A DNA stretch of 64,000 nucleotides from positions 186,001 through 250,000 of the forward strand of contig QPGO01000112.1 of NCBI GenBank assembly GCA_008632985.1, in the 5' to 3' direction. The position numbers and the translations under genes are program-made. Below, piece after piece: positions 25,072-40,016 of this stretch. Positions within the stretch are counted from its first letter, which is position 1. Every line of letters starts with the position of its first letter. This DNA is from Psammoneis japonica. Its lineage: Eukaryota. The notes under the pieces were generated by a model, which did not search any database, was not told the DNA's origin, and worked only from the letters and a program-made list of their open reading frames with translations.

Positions 25072-28000
25072 AGTCGAGATGCAGTCCCACAGCTGAGTGG
25101 GATGGACAAGACCTCGGAGGTTGGCAGCAATGTGAGTGGCGACAGAGGCAAACAGACGCTTGTTGAAAGTCGTTGTCCAGAAATTGTGACGAATGTCGTT
25201 GCTTCTGTTTGAATCGATTTTGTGATGAGCCAATTATTTTCGAAGAGAAAATCTGAGTCTGGGTTGCAGTCGTGAGATGTGACCAGAATGACGTTGAGTC
25301 GTGACTCTCCCTCTCAACCGAGAGAGCTCACCAGCCCACAAGAGCCTTTCCAGCCGCACGGAACGCATCGGTCCGTAGTCCCTTCGTGAACTGATCGGCC
25401 AGTTGCTCTAGAGTGCTGACAGGTTGGATGTCGATCTCCAATTGTTCGACTTTAGTCCTAAACCAGTGGTGCGGGGTGCCGATGTGTTTGGTTCGCGGAG
25501 ACAACTTGGGCGTGCGTGCGAACTTGAGGCACGCGGAGTTATCTTCGTACACAACGGACGCAGGCAGGACATTCTGCTCTACAGGCGAGTCATCGGTGCC
25601 TTGGGTTGCGAGCTCAAAAGCCTTGGAGTGAGTCGTGATGGGGTTTTGGTGGTCAGACTTTCCAAGTGCGTGGTGGTTGGGCTCCTTGAGAACTTCACGA
25701 GTGGGGATGAGATCGCGCATGGCTTGAGAAAGTGCGACATGTTCCGCTTCCATGGTCGACAATGCTGCAAGAGTCTGCAGCTTGGACACCCAGACAAGCG
25801 GGCAGCCGGCGCAGCAGACAAGGTGTCCAGTCCTGGACTTGACAGAAACTGGGTCTTGACCATCTTCCACACCAAATGACCCCGCGAAGTCAGAATCGAC
25901 GCAACAATCAACTCGATGATCTTGCGCAGGCTTGAGAATGAGACCTTCAGCAGCAGTTGCTTTGAGGTGTCGGAGCATCCGCTTCACTGCAGCAGCGTGG
26001 GACGCTCGGGGCGCAAACGAGAATCGAGCTGCTTGATGTGTGGCATGTGCAATGTCTGGCTGGCTGTTCGCTGCCAAGCACATCAACATTCCAACAACTG
26101 AGCGATAATCGCAGGGTTCATCAAAAGGCAGGCCGTCCGTGTTGGCACCAACAGCCGCAGGTAGAGCTGGAGTAGATGCTCCATTGCAATCCTGCATCTG
26201 TGCGGCACGCAGGACCTTGTCAATTAGACCGGGTTGAGTGAGTAGAAATCGACCCTCGGAGAGCTTTTCGATCTTGACACCGAGAAAGTTGCCGACTTCT
26301 CCTTCGTCTCTAAGTTCAAATGCGTGGCGATGTTCGTCGTCGGAGACTCCTAACTTGCGAATTTCGGCTTCTAGAGCTTCAGCTGAAGCTCCAGCAAAAA
26401 CGGTGTCGTCGACGTGCACCACACACATCATGCCCTCTTTGAAATACAAACAGGGATCTATGGCTGAAGGTGCCCATCCGCGCTTGGTTAAACCAGCTCG
26501 CAACTTCTCGCAGAAGCCCTTGGGAGACTGTTTTAGGCCGCACAGTCCTTTCAAAAGTTTGAGAACCATGTTGAGTCCCGACCTTGGCGCAAATCCCTTC
26601 GGCGGTGTTATGCAAACTTCTTCAGCGATGTCAGCTTGGCAAAAGGCTGTGGCACAGTCCACCTGTCATGCAGCCCATCCCTCCTTTAATGCCGCAGTGA
26701 GCATGAGTCGGATGCTGGACCATTGCACAACCGGCGCGCAGGTTTCGAAGCAGTCGACTCCTTCTTTCTGCAATCACCGCGGACGCAGTGTCGGGCCTTG
26801 TGCTTGAGAGGGGTTCCATCTGGGAGTCTCTTGAGCTTTGGTGCCCATGTGCCTGGAAGTGCATTCATGTGCAGCTGACGCTCGACTGCTTTCCAGGCTC
26901 GACGATGTGTGAGTGCGTTGACTTCAATTTTCATCGCCTTGATCCATTCGTTGGCGTCCGGACCTTTCAGAGCATTGTGTGACGAAGGCACATCAGGGTC
27001 CTTGGTTTTCTTGCTAGCTGCGCATGCTCGTGGATCGCCGATGTTGATGGCACCACTGTCCAAATCCATCTCGAGAGTCACCAGATGCGCTGGTTGAGCC
27101 TCGTGTCCGATCGGCAGCGGCATTTCCTCAACGGAGCTGAAGCAGACCTCATCTACAAACTTGGCAGAGTTGAACTGTCCCTTGGTTGACCGTGAAGACC
27201 GTCGCAGCCCTGGTGCTCCCTCTGGATTCGTCACAGGAGGTGTCTTGACTGGGGGAGGAGCTGTTGGTTCCGTCGGCGCTTCGGGTGGCGGAAGTCCGTT
27301 GCCATCTTGAGGTTCAGGTGGCTGAATTGGCGCAGAGTCCGCAGAGTCTGCAGGTTTTTGAGTCGCAGGTGGGACTGGTGGCGTTGGCTGCTGAGTCGCA
27401 GGTGCGACTCGATCGGTGACGTCGTCGCGAGAAATGGGTGAGTCCGGCACAGTGATCGATGGAGTGGGCTCAAAATGCCCGCGAATGCGTGTTGCTCTGG
27501 CCAGTTCTCGTTCTTTGCATTGACGCTCTGGAGGGGCAAGCCACTCATCGTGTAAATGAACTGCCTGATCCTTCTCCAGAGGGATGCACATCGATTGGTT
27601 GAGGCACAAGTGTTCCCAGTGATCAGGTGGATCCGTCTCCCTCTCGATTGATGGTGCGGCAGTGAAGAGATCGTCAAAGACCACATGATGCTGAGGTGCA
27701 ACACTTCCAGTTTGAAGATTGAGGACCAAAGGAACCTCACTGGAATGGATGGCACTGAGTCCCACGAACAAAGCGCGACAAGTGCGAGGCTCCCAACGCG
27801 GGAGCTTCTTCCCGGAAGCGAGGGTCGGGTCAAGTGCGTACGCTGGACATCCCCATGTGTGAATGTCGCGCAACCGATGTCTTGGCACTGTCGAACCGGT
27901 GAAAATGTCCGCTGGGCAATGTCCTTTGGAATTTGGGGTGACATTGTAGATGTGCGTGGCACAAGAAACTGCCATGGGCCACAGGGAGCTGTCAATCCCC

Positions 28001-30920
28001 CCCTTCCAGTGGATTGATGCATGAAGCAACATCGCTCTCGCCATGTTGGAGATGCTGCGGACACCCCGCTCTGCGACGCCGTTCTGATGATGGGCGTTGG
28101 TTCCACAAAAATGGAGACATTGTTCATGATCTCGTGTGTGTTGTACAAAAGCGTTGGCCTTGAAAGCGCCACTGTCGGTAAGAAATTCTTGGACGATGAC
28201 CCCGTGGTCCAAAGCATGTTTCTCAAACGCTTGCTTCGCGCGTGTCGTCTCAACAGCGGAGAAACCCAGTTGGTGCTCGACCTGGACATAGCCAGAGGCG
28301 TGGTCGACAAAGACACAACCGCCCTTGAATTGCTTGGACGTGGCTTTGCCATGAGAGTTGAAGGTGCGGCCTAAAAGGCGCGACTCAAGATGATCAACGC
28401 TGACAGCCTGACCCGGTCGAAGATGGTCAGCTCGAAGGGCCCCGTCGCGTTCAGGGACTGTCGACTTGTGAGTAGATCCAAGAGAGCGTCTGTGACCTTT
28501 AGCATGTTCGCATGCCTCGCATCTTGGGTGGTCACACTTCGCTGCGGACTTGAAATGGTTCGAAAGGAACGGAACTGCGCGGAGAAGTGATTGGACGCGA
28601 CCAAAGTTCAAATGGCCAAAACGGGCGTGCATTTCGAGAAGAAGCTTTTGGCCTGCCGTGAGGTTTTGATTCTCCTCGTTAAGGATCTGAAGGTTCACTT
28701 GAGGAGCGGCAGACACGCCCTTGGTCATCGACGCAACAGGCAAGTGGCTTGATGGATGACATGGCACGACCAACTTGCCTGTCCCGTCAACATGTAAACG
28801 GAAAGTGGTTTCATCGCCCTCACACTTCCCACGTACCCCCTTCTCTTCGTTGAAGAGGCGTTGAGGCGACAGCAGGCGCTGACGGGCTCCAGGGACGTAG
28901 CATGCCATGGTGTTCAGTTGGATGGTAGCCCCACTCGGCGTTGTGAACACCCACGCAACCGGACCGGTGCCCTGGATGGTGAGACCGTTGGCAATCCCAT
29001 TGATCTGTAAGGGTTTCTTGGGAACAGTCATGGGCCCCGTAAAATCATCTTTGTCGGGGGTGACAGCTAACGTGGCACCAGCATCCATGACGACCGTGAG
29101 AGCCTCGTCCGACAGACCGATGAGTGGGCTTGTGATTGTCCGGTGAGCAGTTGGATGGTGGAGGCATTGTAGACGACTGGTCCAACACTTGCTTCCTCCA
29201 ACAGTTCCACAGGATCTTGAAAATGGGCAGTGTCCACGATGTGATGCGGCAGACAGAGCTCGTCAAACCGGAAGAAATCCGGGCTGAAGTCCTCAAGAGC
29301 GTCAAAGAAATGCCTCTGGTCGTCGAGAGGTTCCAGTTCCTCACAGGTGTCAAAGAAGGCTGATTCGTCTATCGCATCAGACCGTTCAGCTACTTCTGGG
29401 CTCTCCCAGTGGGCCTTGAGACGAGTGCTCAGTGCGTGTGACGGATGGCGCGCGACAAACTCGGTGAGCACTTGCGTGCCTTTGATCCTGTGACATTCGA
29501 ACAGTGACCCCGTGTCCAACACTGTCCGGTCATCTAGCTCTTCCACAACATGGTAGACTTGAGAGCCAGCGGTCGAAAAACGACTTGGTGCGTTCGAGAA
29601 TGGATGCTCGGGCTGTTGACCGGCGTAAACTGCTGACCATGCCATCACTGCAATGGATGGGACCATCCAGGAGGCTGGAAACCCGTGCAAAGTTGGGAGT
29701 TTGCGCTGGCGGCGTAGAGCTCGAGGGACACATGGGATTGGAGCAAAGCAAAGATGTAGTGCCATTTCCCAAAACATGGCGGCGAGCCAGAGTGTGAACA
29801 GCTTGACTCGACCCAAGAGTGAGCGACGCGAAGTGGGCTCGTCTTCGACGTCCTCGTGACAATCATCCGCATCCAGGACCTCTGGATCGTAGAAATCGAA
29901 GCCACGATACGTAACACACGGAGGCAAGTCGCAGCATGCGTCTTCAAAGTGTACGTCGTGTTCAAGGATGAGATCTAACTTGGTGTCGTCTGACAGCATG
30001 TCCGTCAAATGTGCGGGAGCGTCAAAGAACTCATCTGGATGCTTGATGGAGTACAGCTTCGAGGCCGGAAACAACTCAATAGCCGGTGGTTCGTTTTCAA
30101 AGGTAGAGAAAGCGTCGGAGCATTCGTAGAAGTCATCGGCGTCTTCGGGAGTGACAGTCTCAACCACGATGGGAGACACGACTGGATCCACAACTGAGGT
30201 GAGTGCAGGTGGGCTCGTTTCGATGCAAACCACCTCAGTGCCAACGACTGTATCGCTCTCCCTCTCGGCCGAAGAAGCCGGAGCAACCACAATTGCAGCA
30301 GTGACAGGGGCGGAACAGAAATCCGGGTCGGCAACGGGATCCGCAGCCGCGCACCACATTCCTGTGAAAACCAACTCGTTGGGGTCGGATTCGTCTCCCT
30401 CTGGTGCCTTGGCAGTCTGAGCGGGCGGACCCATGGGCACGCCACCATCCGGATCAGCAACGGAAGACAAATTCCCGGCTGGGGTCTCCTTGGGAGGTTG
30501 CCTGCGGTCGTCGGCATGTTCCGCGGTAGAGTGCTTCTGGTGGATTCCAGGTTTGTTGGCACCCTTCGCCTTGCACGTGGCACACCACTTCCATTCCTTG
30601 CCATTCTTATCCTTCTTCGTTTCTCCGTCAAATTTAGCACTCCAGGCAGCGATGGGTCGCCTCTTCTTCTTGGAAGGGTCGTCTGCAGGCGGCGGATTGG
30701 GAGGAGGATCGTCGCGCGGCGGTTTGGCGTTGCACTTCGGACACGTCTTCTTGGTGCACCCCTCGAGACCGCAACCATGACAGTGCTTCGTCTTCCCAGG
30801 GGTTGTCCGCAGTCGAAAGATTACTCTCGGGTAGCTTGGCCACTAATGCAGGCCATTCCCCGTCCTTCATGAGTTCGTTGTGTTGCTCTTGAATCCACGC
30901 AATGATGCCGACCGGTCCGA
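25072..30920 (-). mobile_element. Ty1/copia element B, copy 1; 5'-truncated, nested in the RT of element A; 3' LTR 25072-25306
   Basis: Zinc knuckle, protease (MDAGA), integrase (HARFGH, HQNGVAER), RT (LCGLKQS, HVDD) and RNase H (DSDFAG, ADQFTK) on the minus strand; PPT gagagggag. Confidence 0.9.
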
Positions 30921-30922
30921 GC

Positions 30923-31247
30923 GAATGCTGTACACTGCCTGACGAGTGCGGGAGGTTCTCAACAACCCAAGAGGCAAAGAAATTACCACTCGGCTAATTG
31001 TTGAGTCCCTTCTCCGCACACACATTCAGGCATGTGTTGTGCACAGCATCATCACACAGCATTTGTCCAACTCTCCCTCTCGTCGCAGGATGGGGCATCG
31101 CCTTGGGGGGCGCATCCGCACGGCGGACTTACAAATTTGACCATGCACTCCCTCTGATGGGCAGGATGGGCAGCGCCATGTGGCGCATCCGGCCAAGGGA
31201 GGAGTGGGTTCGAAGCCCAACCGCCCACCCCGGATGGGGTTGGAAAG
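30923..31247 (-). mobile_element. Truncated copy of the TRIM-like element (one 150-bp repeat plus part of the interior)
   Basis: Matches 45892-46214, then jumps into RT/RNase H sequence of element A (~866 bp missing relative to copy 2). Confidence 0.75.
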
Positions 31248-32024
31248 CTCCGGCCTGTGAATGGATGCATTCCGTGTACGGCGAAGCAGAAGAGATGATC
31301 CCGAAGGATGCTCCACCGCCCCTTGGCAAGTTCGTCACTGCCACCCACTGCGTTGATGCAAACTTGTGCCATTGCATGCTCACCGGACGCTCTGTCATGG
31401 GGAATGCTCCACTTCCTCAACAAATTCCCAGCTGATTGGTTCTCTAAGAAGCAAGCCACTGTGGAGACTGCGACCTGCGGGTCTGAATTTGTTGCCGCAA
31501 GGACTTGTGTCAAGCAGATTGTCGACCTGCGCATCACCCTGCGCTGCCTCGGCGTCCCGACCCGTGATGTCAGTTGCATGTTCGGTGACAACAAGTCAGT
31601 TGTAGACAGTGCCACCATCCCGCACTCCAAGTCACACAAGCGACACACCGCACTGTCGTTCCACCGTGTGCGTGAGGCAATCACCTCTGGTTGCCTTGAG
31701 CTCCACTTCATCGAAGGCTCCCGCAACCCTGCTGACATTCTCAGCAAGCATTGGGGTTGCTCCCAAATCTGGGACCTTCTCCGCCCCCTCATGTTCTGGA
31801 ACTTCATTCCATCCAAAGTCAAATCTGTTTCTGTGACTCCTCAAGCAAACTGGGGAGTGACAGGATTTGAACAGGATTCAGGTGCGCGCGAAATGTCGCA
31901 TGCTGTTTAGCCCACCGCGCACAGTTTTGTGTGCTTTAGTTCCGCGCGTTTGACTCATCTGCCATTTAGACAGCAGCAAGGAGTCATTGTTGGAATTCTT
32001 GCCATTTGCCTTCAATTTCTGTCA

Positions 32025-34423
32025 AATGTGGTCACTGCATTGCATCTCTTTCATCGCTGCGTGCTCACTGGCTCCCCTCGACCCATGTTGGCATGACTGC
32101 GTTGCTGCACTGCTGCTCAGCCAAGCCACAGATTGGCTCATGTGCCTTCTTTTTGTGGATCTTGGGTGCCCTCCCGAGAACAAGAGGTGCTTCCACTTTT
32201 CCCAAATGTGAGCAGCCACAGCTGCAATGTGCACTTTTCTTGCTGGGCACAAGAAGTGAAGAGGTCAGCTGGCCAGAAACAAAATTTTGCAGCTGCGCTC
32301 TCTATGCAGAAGCCACAACAATTTTTCAAAAATTGACCAAGGTGCCCATTGTGGCCACAACTCTGAACAACACTTGTCTTGACATGCTGGCTCAGTTTCA
32401 GCCACATGTCTGGCATTGCCAAAGTTGTCGTTTTTTGTTTTGTGGCTCAGCAGCTTGTTCAGAGCAGGCTCATTTGTTTGGAAAAGCTTCAGCTCAACTG
32501 CCCATTTCACTGCATTTTGTTGTTTTTTCTGCTGCATTTGTCTGGGCCTCTTTGTCTTGACACACTGGCTCACTTTCAGCCACAAATCTGGCATTGCCAA
32601 AGTTCCTTGTCATTTTTTGGTTGGCGGTTGTTGACACTTTTCAAATGGCCATGGATTTGCAATGTTTTGTTTTGTCCTCTGTGACATGTTTCTGCTCAAC
32701 AAGAGTGCAACTTGTCAATGACTGAAATTTTCACATGCACGCCAATTGCACCCACAGATTTTCAACACACGTGAACCCAGTTTCCGTTCAACAATGGATT
32801 CTGCATTTTGCTGAGAGTGAAAAGATGCCACTTGTTTCACATTCTTCCCTCCGCCACTCCTTTTGCCACACTCCATTTGCACTGCATCACCGTGCATTCA
32901 CCGTGCATTCCGTGCTTCCACAAAAGAGAAATGGGGTGTGATGGCCACCACACTCTGAGCTGAAGTTGGAGTGTGGCATGCCATCTGGCACATTGGAAGC
33001 TGACTGCATTACAGAACAAATGAAAATCTGTGAAATGGGGTCACTGTGTTGCATCTCTTTCATTGCTGCATGCTCGCTGGCTCCCCCCTCAACCCATGTT
33101 GGCATGACTGCATGTCATTGCTGCACTGCTGCTCAGCCAAGCCACAGATTGGCCCCTGTGCCTTCTTTTTGTGGATCTTGGGTGCCCTCCAGAGAACAAG
33201 AGGTGCTTCNCTTTTCCCAAATGTGAGCAGCCACAGCTGCAATGTGCACTTTTCTTGCTGGGCACAAGAAGCGAAGAGGTCAGCTGGCCAGAAACAAAAT
33301 TTTGCAGCTGCGCTCTCTCTGCAGAAGCCACAGCAATTTTTCAAAAACTGACCAAGGTGCCCATTGTGGCCACAACTCTGAACAACACTTGTCGTGACAT
33401 GCTGGCTCAGTTTCAGCGACATGTCTGGCATTGCCAAAGTTGTCGTTTTTTGTTTTGTGGCTCAGCAGCTTGTTCAGAGCAGGCTCATTTGTTTGGAAAA
33501 GCTTCAGCTCAACTGCCCATTTCATTGCATTTTGTTGTTTTTTCTGCTGCATTTGTCTGGGCCTCTTTGTGGCATTGGCGCCCCACACAATGCAGCTGCC
33601 AATCATCTGTCATTTGCATGAGAACAATGGCGCACTTCCCTGTTACAATCCACTGTGTCCTCATCATCAACAACTTCCAAGGTTGTTGAAAAATGACTGT
33701 TGACCTTGGCACGCAAAATTGAATTCACTGAATGTCATGTGCATGGCTGAAAAAATCAATGCATCTGTCTGATTGTCCATCCGTCCAAATTTTGAATGCC
33801 ACATGTGCGTGAAGAACCACTCTGACCGGAGGACCAACACATTGTGGCTGCACTCTTCACAGAAAAGCCACAAGGTTTCAAAAACTAACCAAGGTGCCCA
33901 ATGCAGCCAGGGGGCTCTGAACAACATTTTGTCTTGACACACTGGCTCACTTTCAGCCACAAATCTGGCATTGCCAAAGTTCCTTGTCATTTTTTGGTTG
34001 GCGGTTGTTGACACTTTTCAAATGGCCATGGATTTGCAATGTTTTGTTTTGTCCTCTGTGACATGTTTCTGCTCAACAAGAGTGCAACTTGTCAATGACT
34101 GAAATTTTCACATGCACCCCAACATCACCCACAGATTTTCAACACACGTGAGCCCAGTTTCCATTCAACAACGGATTCTGCATTTTGCTGAGAGTGAAAA
34201 GAGGCCACTCATTTCACATTCTTTTCCTCCGCCACTCCTTTTGCCACACTCCGTTTGCACCGCATCACCGTGCATTCACCGTGCATTCCGTGCTTCCACA
34301 AAAGAGAAGTGGGGTGTGATGGCCGCCACAGGTGCCACTCTGTGCTGAAGTTGGAGTGTGGCATGCCATCTGGCACACTGGAAGCTGATTGCATTGCAAA
34401 ACAAATGAAAATCTGTGAAATGG
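32025..34423. repeat. Two tandem units (first internally deleted) with the empty target site AATGG at 33034-33038
   Basis: aaaatctgtga-AATGG-ggtcactgtg is contiguous here but split by element A elsewhere. Confidence 0.9.
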
Positions 34424-37400
34424 TGACAGGATTTGAACAGGATTTAGGTGCTCGCGAAATGTCGCGCGCTGTTCAGTTTACCGCGCACAGTTTTGTGTGC
34501 TTCAGTTCCGCGCATTCGCGCACGATGCAGTTTGCTTTCGAGCCACAAGGCTCACAAGAATGACAACAGCAGCCCGATTGCACCGACTTGCACGTCTTTC
34601 GGCTCCTGCAACAGTCTCTGAGCGGAGACTCATCTGCCATTTAGACAGCAGCAAGGAGTCATTGTTTGAATTCTTGCCATTTGCTTTCAATTTCTGTCAG
34701 ATTGACAGTCTTGCTCATTGTCAACCCATTGAGCAACCGCCATCATCGTCGTTGATTTACCAACGACACTGTTTCAATTCTGCGTGGACCTCCGTGTGTG
34801 TTCTACATGCATCGGCAAGTCTGCGCGCATCCAACACCAGGGCATCGGCAGGAAGTTAACGTCACCGTCAAGTCTCCTTGCCGCTGGACATCTGGATTGA
34901 TTGCACCACCTTTGATCGCTGAAGACATGCATTCAACGGTCATGTCCAAGTCCATCCTTGATCCTTGTCCCTTGATGTGCCCATTCATCGGTTGACGGTC
35001 AAGAACCCTGCACATTCAAGGATCCTTGTCGCTGAAGACATGTGTGCACACACATGTCTTCACGGCCAAGAACCTGTGCCCACTCTTTGGACTGCGGTTT
35101 TGCCACCACTCTGCAAGCACACCGAGTCCATTGCACCTGATCTGCCCCGGACTGCTGGTGCTCTGCAGTTCTGCTGGGTCCACGAGGACGACTGTGACAG
35201 CAAGTGGCCGTGATTGCAGCCTGCGTTGGGGCGAGGGTGCTTTCCCGCGTTTGTTCGTTCGTCCACAGCGCCTGACGCCTGCATCAACTGGCCAGCCTGA
35301 TCGGGAAATCCAACCGATGCAAAATGAGAACGGTTCGGGGGTCTTGTCCACCTCTGGTCAGCTTGCCTGCAGGGGTTTACAACCCGCTGCTCCGCTCGTA
35401 AGCAACCCAAAGCGCCGCCAGCTGCGGGTTCGGACGTGCCGGCACAACTCTGCGGACCGGATGGGAAGTTTAGCACTTGACAACGAACGGGACAGCACAA
35501 CCCGGCGACTTCTGATTTTAAGGCAGTTCGAGATTTCAAGTCAAGTCCGCTTCAAGTCAAGTCCATTCTCACCCAAGTTTCAAGTCCACCTTCGCTTCCC
35601 AACAAGAATTGCTTGTCCTGACTCCGCTTTTGTCTGCCATGGTTCTCACTCGTCAGCAACAAACCGATGGTTTCGAGCACGTTGTTGGAACCGTGCTTGC
35701 CCAAGGTGCTGGGAGCCCTCTTCGTTTGGCTTTGGCCCAAGACGGCACGGACTCGCATCAAGAACTGTTCACATTCATGCCGTCCCAAATCGACTCGCTT
35801 GAGTGCGACAATGGCACCAATGTGATCCCTTTGCCCCGCGGTTATAAGAACATGTCAGCAGCCCTGGTCAGTCTGCACATTGTCAAAGCACATGAAGGTC
35901 TTGACGTTGCCAATGACTCCTCGTTGTTCACGCATGACGAGTTCCTTGCCCACCGCCTCAGCCCCGACTGCATGTCTTCTGTGTCCATCGGCAGCTCACC
36001 CCTCGCACCTCCGCATGTCACCAACCCGACCAAGGCACGCGACCCGGTGCGAGACTTCAAGCGAGGCATCAAGCGTGATCCCACCGCTTTCACGGCTCTC
36101 AAATCCGACAAGCAGTGGCACACTTGGCACACCTCACTTGTGGCACAAGCCCGTGCCCAAGACGTCGAGTGCACTCTAGACTCGTTGTACAAACCGACCA
36201 GCACCGAAGACAAACTGCTCTTTGCTGAACAGCAAAAGTGCATGTTCGCCATCTTCGAACGCATCCTTCTCACCGACAAGGGCAAGGCTCTCATCCGCGA
36301 AAATGTGGGGTCTTCTGACGCCCAGACCGTCTACCGCGCCTTGTCCGAGTGTGCGCTCGCCTCCACCCGCGCATCTGTCGAGTCCTCCACCTTGCTCACG
36401 CACCTTGCCACCGCACATCTTGGTGATGGTGCTTGGAAAGGTCCGACCCACGGCTTCATCCTTCATTGGCAAGACCAGTTGCGCAAGCACGAGGCACTTG
36501 TCCCGGCCAGTGACCACTTCTCTGAAGGACAGAAGCGCGTCATGCTCGAGAATGCCACGCACCCTGTCGAGGAACTCCGTGCTGTCAAGAACCAAGCTGA
36601 TCAGCATCGCACGCAGAGTGGCAAGAGCCTCACATGTGACCAATGCTGCGGCTTGCTCCTCTCCATGGCAGCTCAATGCGACAGTGCGTTTCAACCCAAG
36701 ACGACACCTCGAGCTCCCCGACGCGCCATGTGCGCACACGACATCTGCTCCGAGGAGCCATCCGACGATGTGTTCTGCGACATTGACAGCGACATTGACG
36801 TCCTTCAGGCCAATGCTGCCTGCACCCGTGGTCCCAGCCTCGCCGGTGACCAATGGAAACGTCTCCCTCCCGACCACCAACGGATTTGGGATTCGTTGCC
36901 CCATTCCTCCAAGGCGATCATCCTTGAGCATTCTCATCTGCCTCCCCGCAACCCGCGAGCCAGCAACTGCCATGAGTCCGTTATGGCCAACCTTCATGAC
37001 CAACGCCTTGGGAGTGACGGTGATGTCAACTTGTCCAACACGACTCCTGCTGACTCTGGTGACCCCGCTCCAAATGTGGGCACCACTTCAGATGATCCCA
37101 TCCTGGCGCACCTCACCAAGCGCAAGCCACTGCCACCTGGTGATCTGCAACGTCTGTTGTCTCCTAACCAAGCCCCCAATGCCAGTCGACCGGGGCCATC
37201 CGCCGCTCCCTCCACCCCGCCAGCTTCTGCCAATGACACAGAACTCAATGGCCGCACTTGCCGTCGCGCCAATGACCACAATGTCATTTGCTCTGCCTCT
37301 GCTCATTGCTCCACATGCACTGGTGCTCTAGTCGATCGTGGGGCCAACGGTGGCATTGCTGGTGACGACGTTCGCGTCATTGCACGCACCTCTCGCCAAG

Positions 37401-40016
37401 TCGACGTTCAGGGCATTGACGACCATCAATTGGTGGACATCCCTGTTGTCACCGCTGGCGCCGTCATTGAGACCCAGCGTGGTCCCGTCATCGCCATCCT
37501 CCATCAGTGCGCGTGCACGGGAAAGGGCAAGACCATCCATTCCTGCGGCCAGCTTGAATGGCACAAACAGGATGTCAACGATCGCTCTGTCAAGGTGCCC
37601 AACGGCTTGCAACGCATTGCCACTCCTGATGGCTGTGTCGTCCCCATTGACATCAAGGCCGGCCTGCCTTGTGTTGCCATGCGACCTCACACTGACGCCG
37701 AATGGGACACCCTGCCCCATGTCATCCTCACCGGTGATGACACATGGGATCCTTCCGTCCTCGATCACTCTGTCACTGATGGCAACCAGTGGTGCGATGC
37801 GATCTCTGACCTGCAGGACGATCCCACTGCCAACCCATTTGACGAACACGGCAACTGCCGTCATCGTGTCGTTGTCAACGAGACCATCATGTCCGCTTCC
37901 TTGTCTGCCGATCACGCATCTGCCCTCGATGATCACCTCATTCCGAATGACGACGTGTTCTGCGAGTGTCATCCACACGCGATTGACCCCAAGGGCGACA
38001 ACGTCCCACCCACGGAGCGCACTGTACAGCCCAAGGACCCCCCCTTCGAGTCTCTTCGGCCTCACTTTGGCTTCCTGCCTGCCGATGCGGTCCGTCGTGC
38101 TTTTGACTGCACCACGCAGTGCGCCCGCATGCCCGCCGGCACACACCTTAGGAAGGCCTGCAAATCACCCAACCCCGCCCTTAACGTGCACTGCCGCAAC
38201 GAGCCTGTCGCCACTGACACCATTTGTGCCGACACCCCGGCCGTCGACTCTGGTTGCACCAGCGCCCAACTGTTTGTTGGCACCGAGTCTACCGTCACTG
38301 ACGTCTGCAGCACCAAGACGGACAAAGAGTTTGTCAACACACTCGAGGATCAGATCCGTGAGCGTGGTGCCCCATCCAAACTCATTGGCGACCGTGCTCA
38401 AGTTGAGATCAGCAACAAAGTGCTCGGGATCCTACGAGCCCTCTTCATCTCCAGCTGGCAAAGTGAGCCTCACCAGCAACAACAAAACTTTGCCGAGCGT
38501 CGACACCAGACCGTGAAGCGCATGGCGAACACTGTCATGGATCATTTTGGTTCGCCCACCCACACATGGCTGCTGGCACTCATGTGTGTGTGCTTCATGC
38601 TCAACCATGCAGCGTCCCCACGTCTCCACTGGTGCACGCCCCTCGAGACTCTCACTGGCTCCACCCCGGACATCAGCCCATTGCTTCGCTTTCACTGGTG
38701 GGAACCCGTGTGCTTCCACCTCAATGACTCCGATTGGCCGTCCGAATCCCGTGAGTTGCGTGGACGCTTCGTTGGCATTGCTGAGCACGTCGGCCACCAG
38801 ATGACCTTCAAGATTCTCTCTGACAAGACTCAGAAGATCCTCCACGGTCCAACGTACACTCCGCTGCCACCGATCCTGCCGTTCGAAACCTGCATCTTGA
38901 TCCTCCTGATGGGGAGCCACCTGAACCCATCATCAAATCTCGCCATGACGACAACCCCGTCGATTCTCCTGATGGGAAGATCAGGACACCCAAGATGCCA
39001 GTTTTCGATCCGCAAGACATCATCGTACCTTCCTCATGCAGCCACAAGAGGACGGACAACGCCACAGAGCTCGCATCGTCAAGGCCGTCGAAGACCATGA
39101 ATGGAAAGTGAACGGCAATCCCGAGCTTGCTAAGTTCGTCTGCTCTGTCAACAACGACGAATGCGAGGAAGTCCTTGCCTGCAACGACATCATGAATCAC
39201 ATTGAGCAAGAAGACAAAGACACTGCTGTTTGGAAATTCCGACGCATCGTGTCACACGAAGGACCTCTGAAGCCTCATGACCCAACCTGGAAAGGCTCAA
39301 GCTACAACATCATGCTTGAATGGGAAAGTGGGGAGATCACGTCCGAGCCTCTCGCCATCATTGCCAAGGATGACCCCGTCACCTGCGCCATCTATGCACG
39401 AGAGAACGGACTTCTCGACACGGATGGCTGGAAGCGGTTCCGCACCATCGCGAGGCACCAAAAGAAGCCATTTCGCATGGCCAACCAAGCCAAGCTTCGC
39501 TCCTTCCGCACTGCACCTCGCCACAAGTGCGGATGCGAAGTTCCCCGGAACTGCAAACACGCCATGTCACTAGACGAGCGCAACGGCAACCGCAAATGGG
39601 GAGACGCAACTAATCTCGAGATGGGCCAACTCGGGGAATACGAAGTCTTCCATGACTGCGGGCCCTTCGAGTCTTCCACTCCTCCTGCGGGACACAAGAA
39701 GATCCGAGTGCACCTGGTGCACGACGTGAAACACGACGGTCGCCACAAGGCACGACTCGTAGCCGATGGGCACCTCACGGACGTGCCTGTCGACAGTGTC
39801 CACTCCGGAGCAGTCTCCCTCCGTGGCCTTTGGTTGATGATTTTCCTGGCCGAACTCAACGAGTTGGAGACATGGGCCACCAACATTGGCAATGCCTGTC
39901 TTGAAGCCACCACTGAGGAGAAGCTCTACATTGCAGCCGGACCCGAATTTGGCAAACTCGAAGGACACATCCTTGTCATCCACAAGGCCCTGCATGGGCT
40001 GCGCAGCTCCGGTCTC

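Larger units (their letters stand above)
19482..32024 (+). mobile_element. Ty1/copia LTR retrotransposon A, copy 1. 5' LTR 19482-19757; internally deleted 3' LTR 31858-32024; nested insert; part of RT deleted
   Basis: LTR termini TGACAG...CTGTCA; PPT tggggag; flanks AATGG/AATGT. Gag-protease (LVDRGANGG)-integrase-RT-RNase H order from ATG 20697, with frameshifts. Confidence 0.93.
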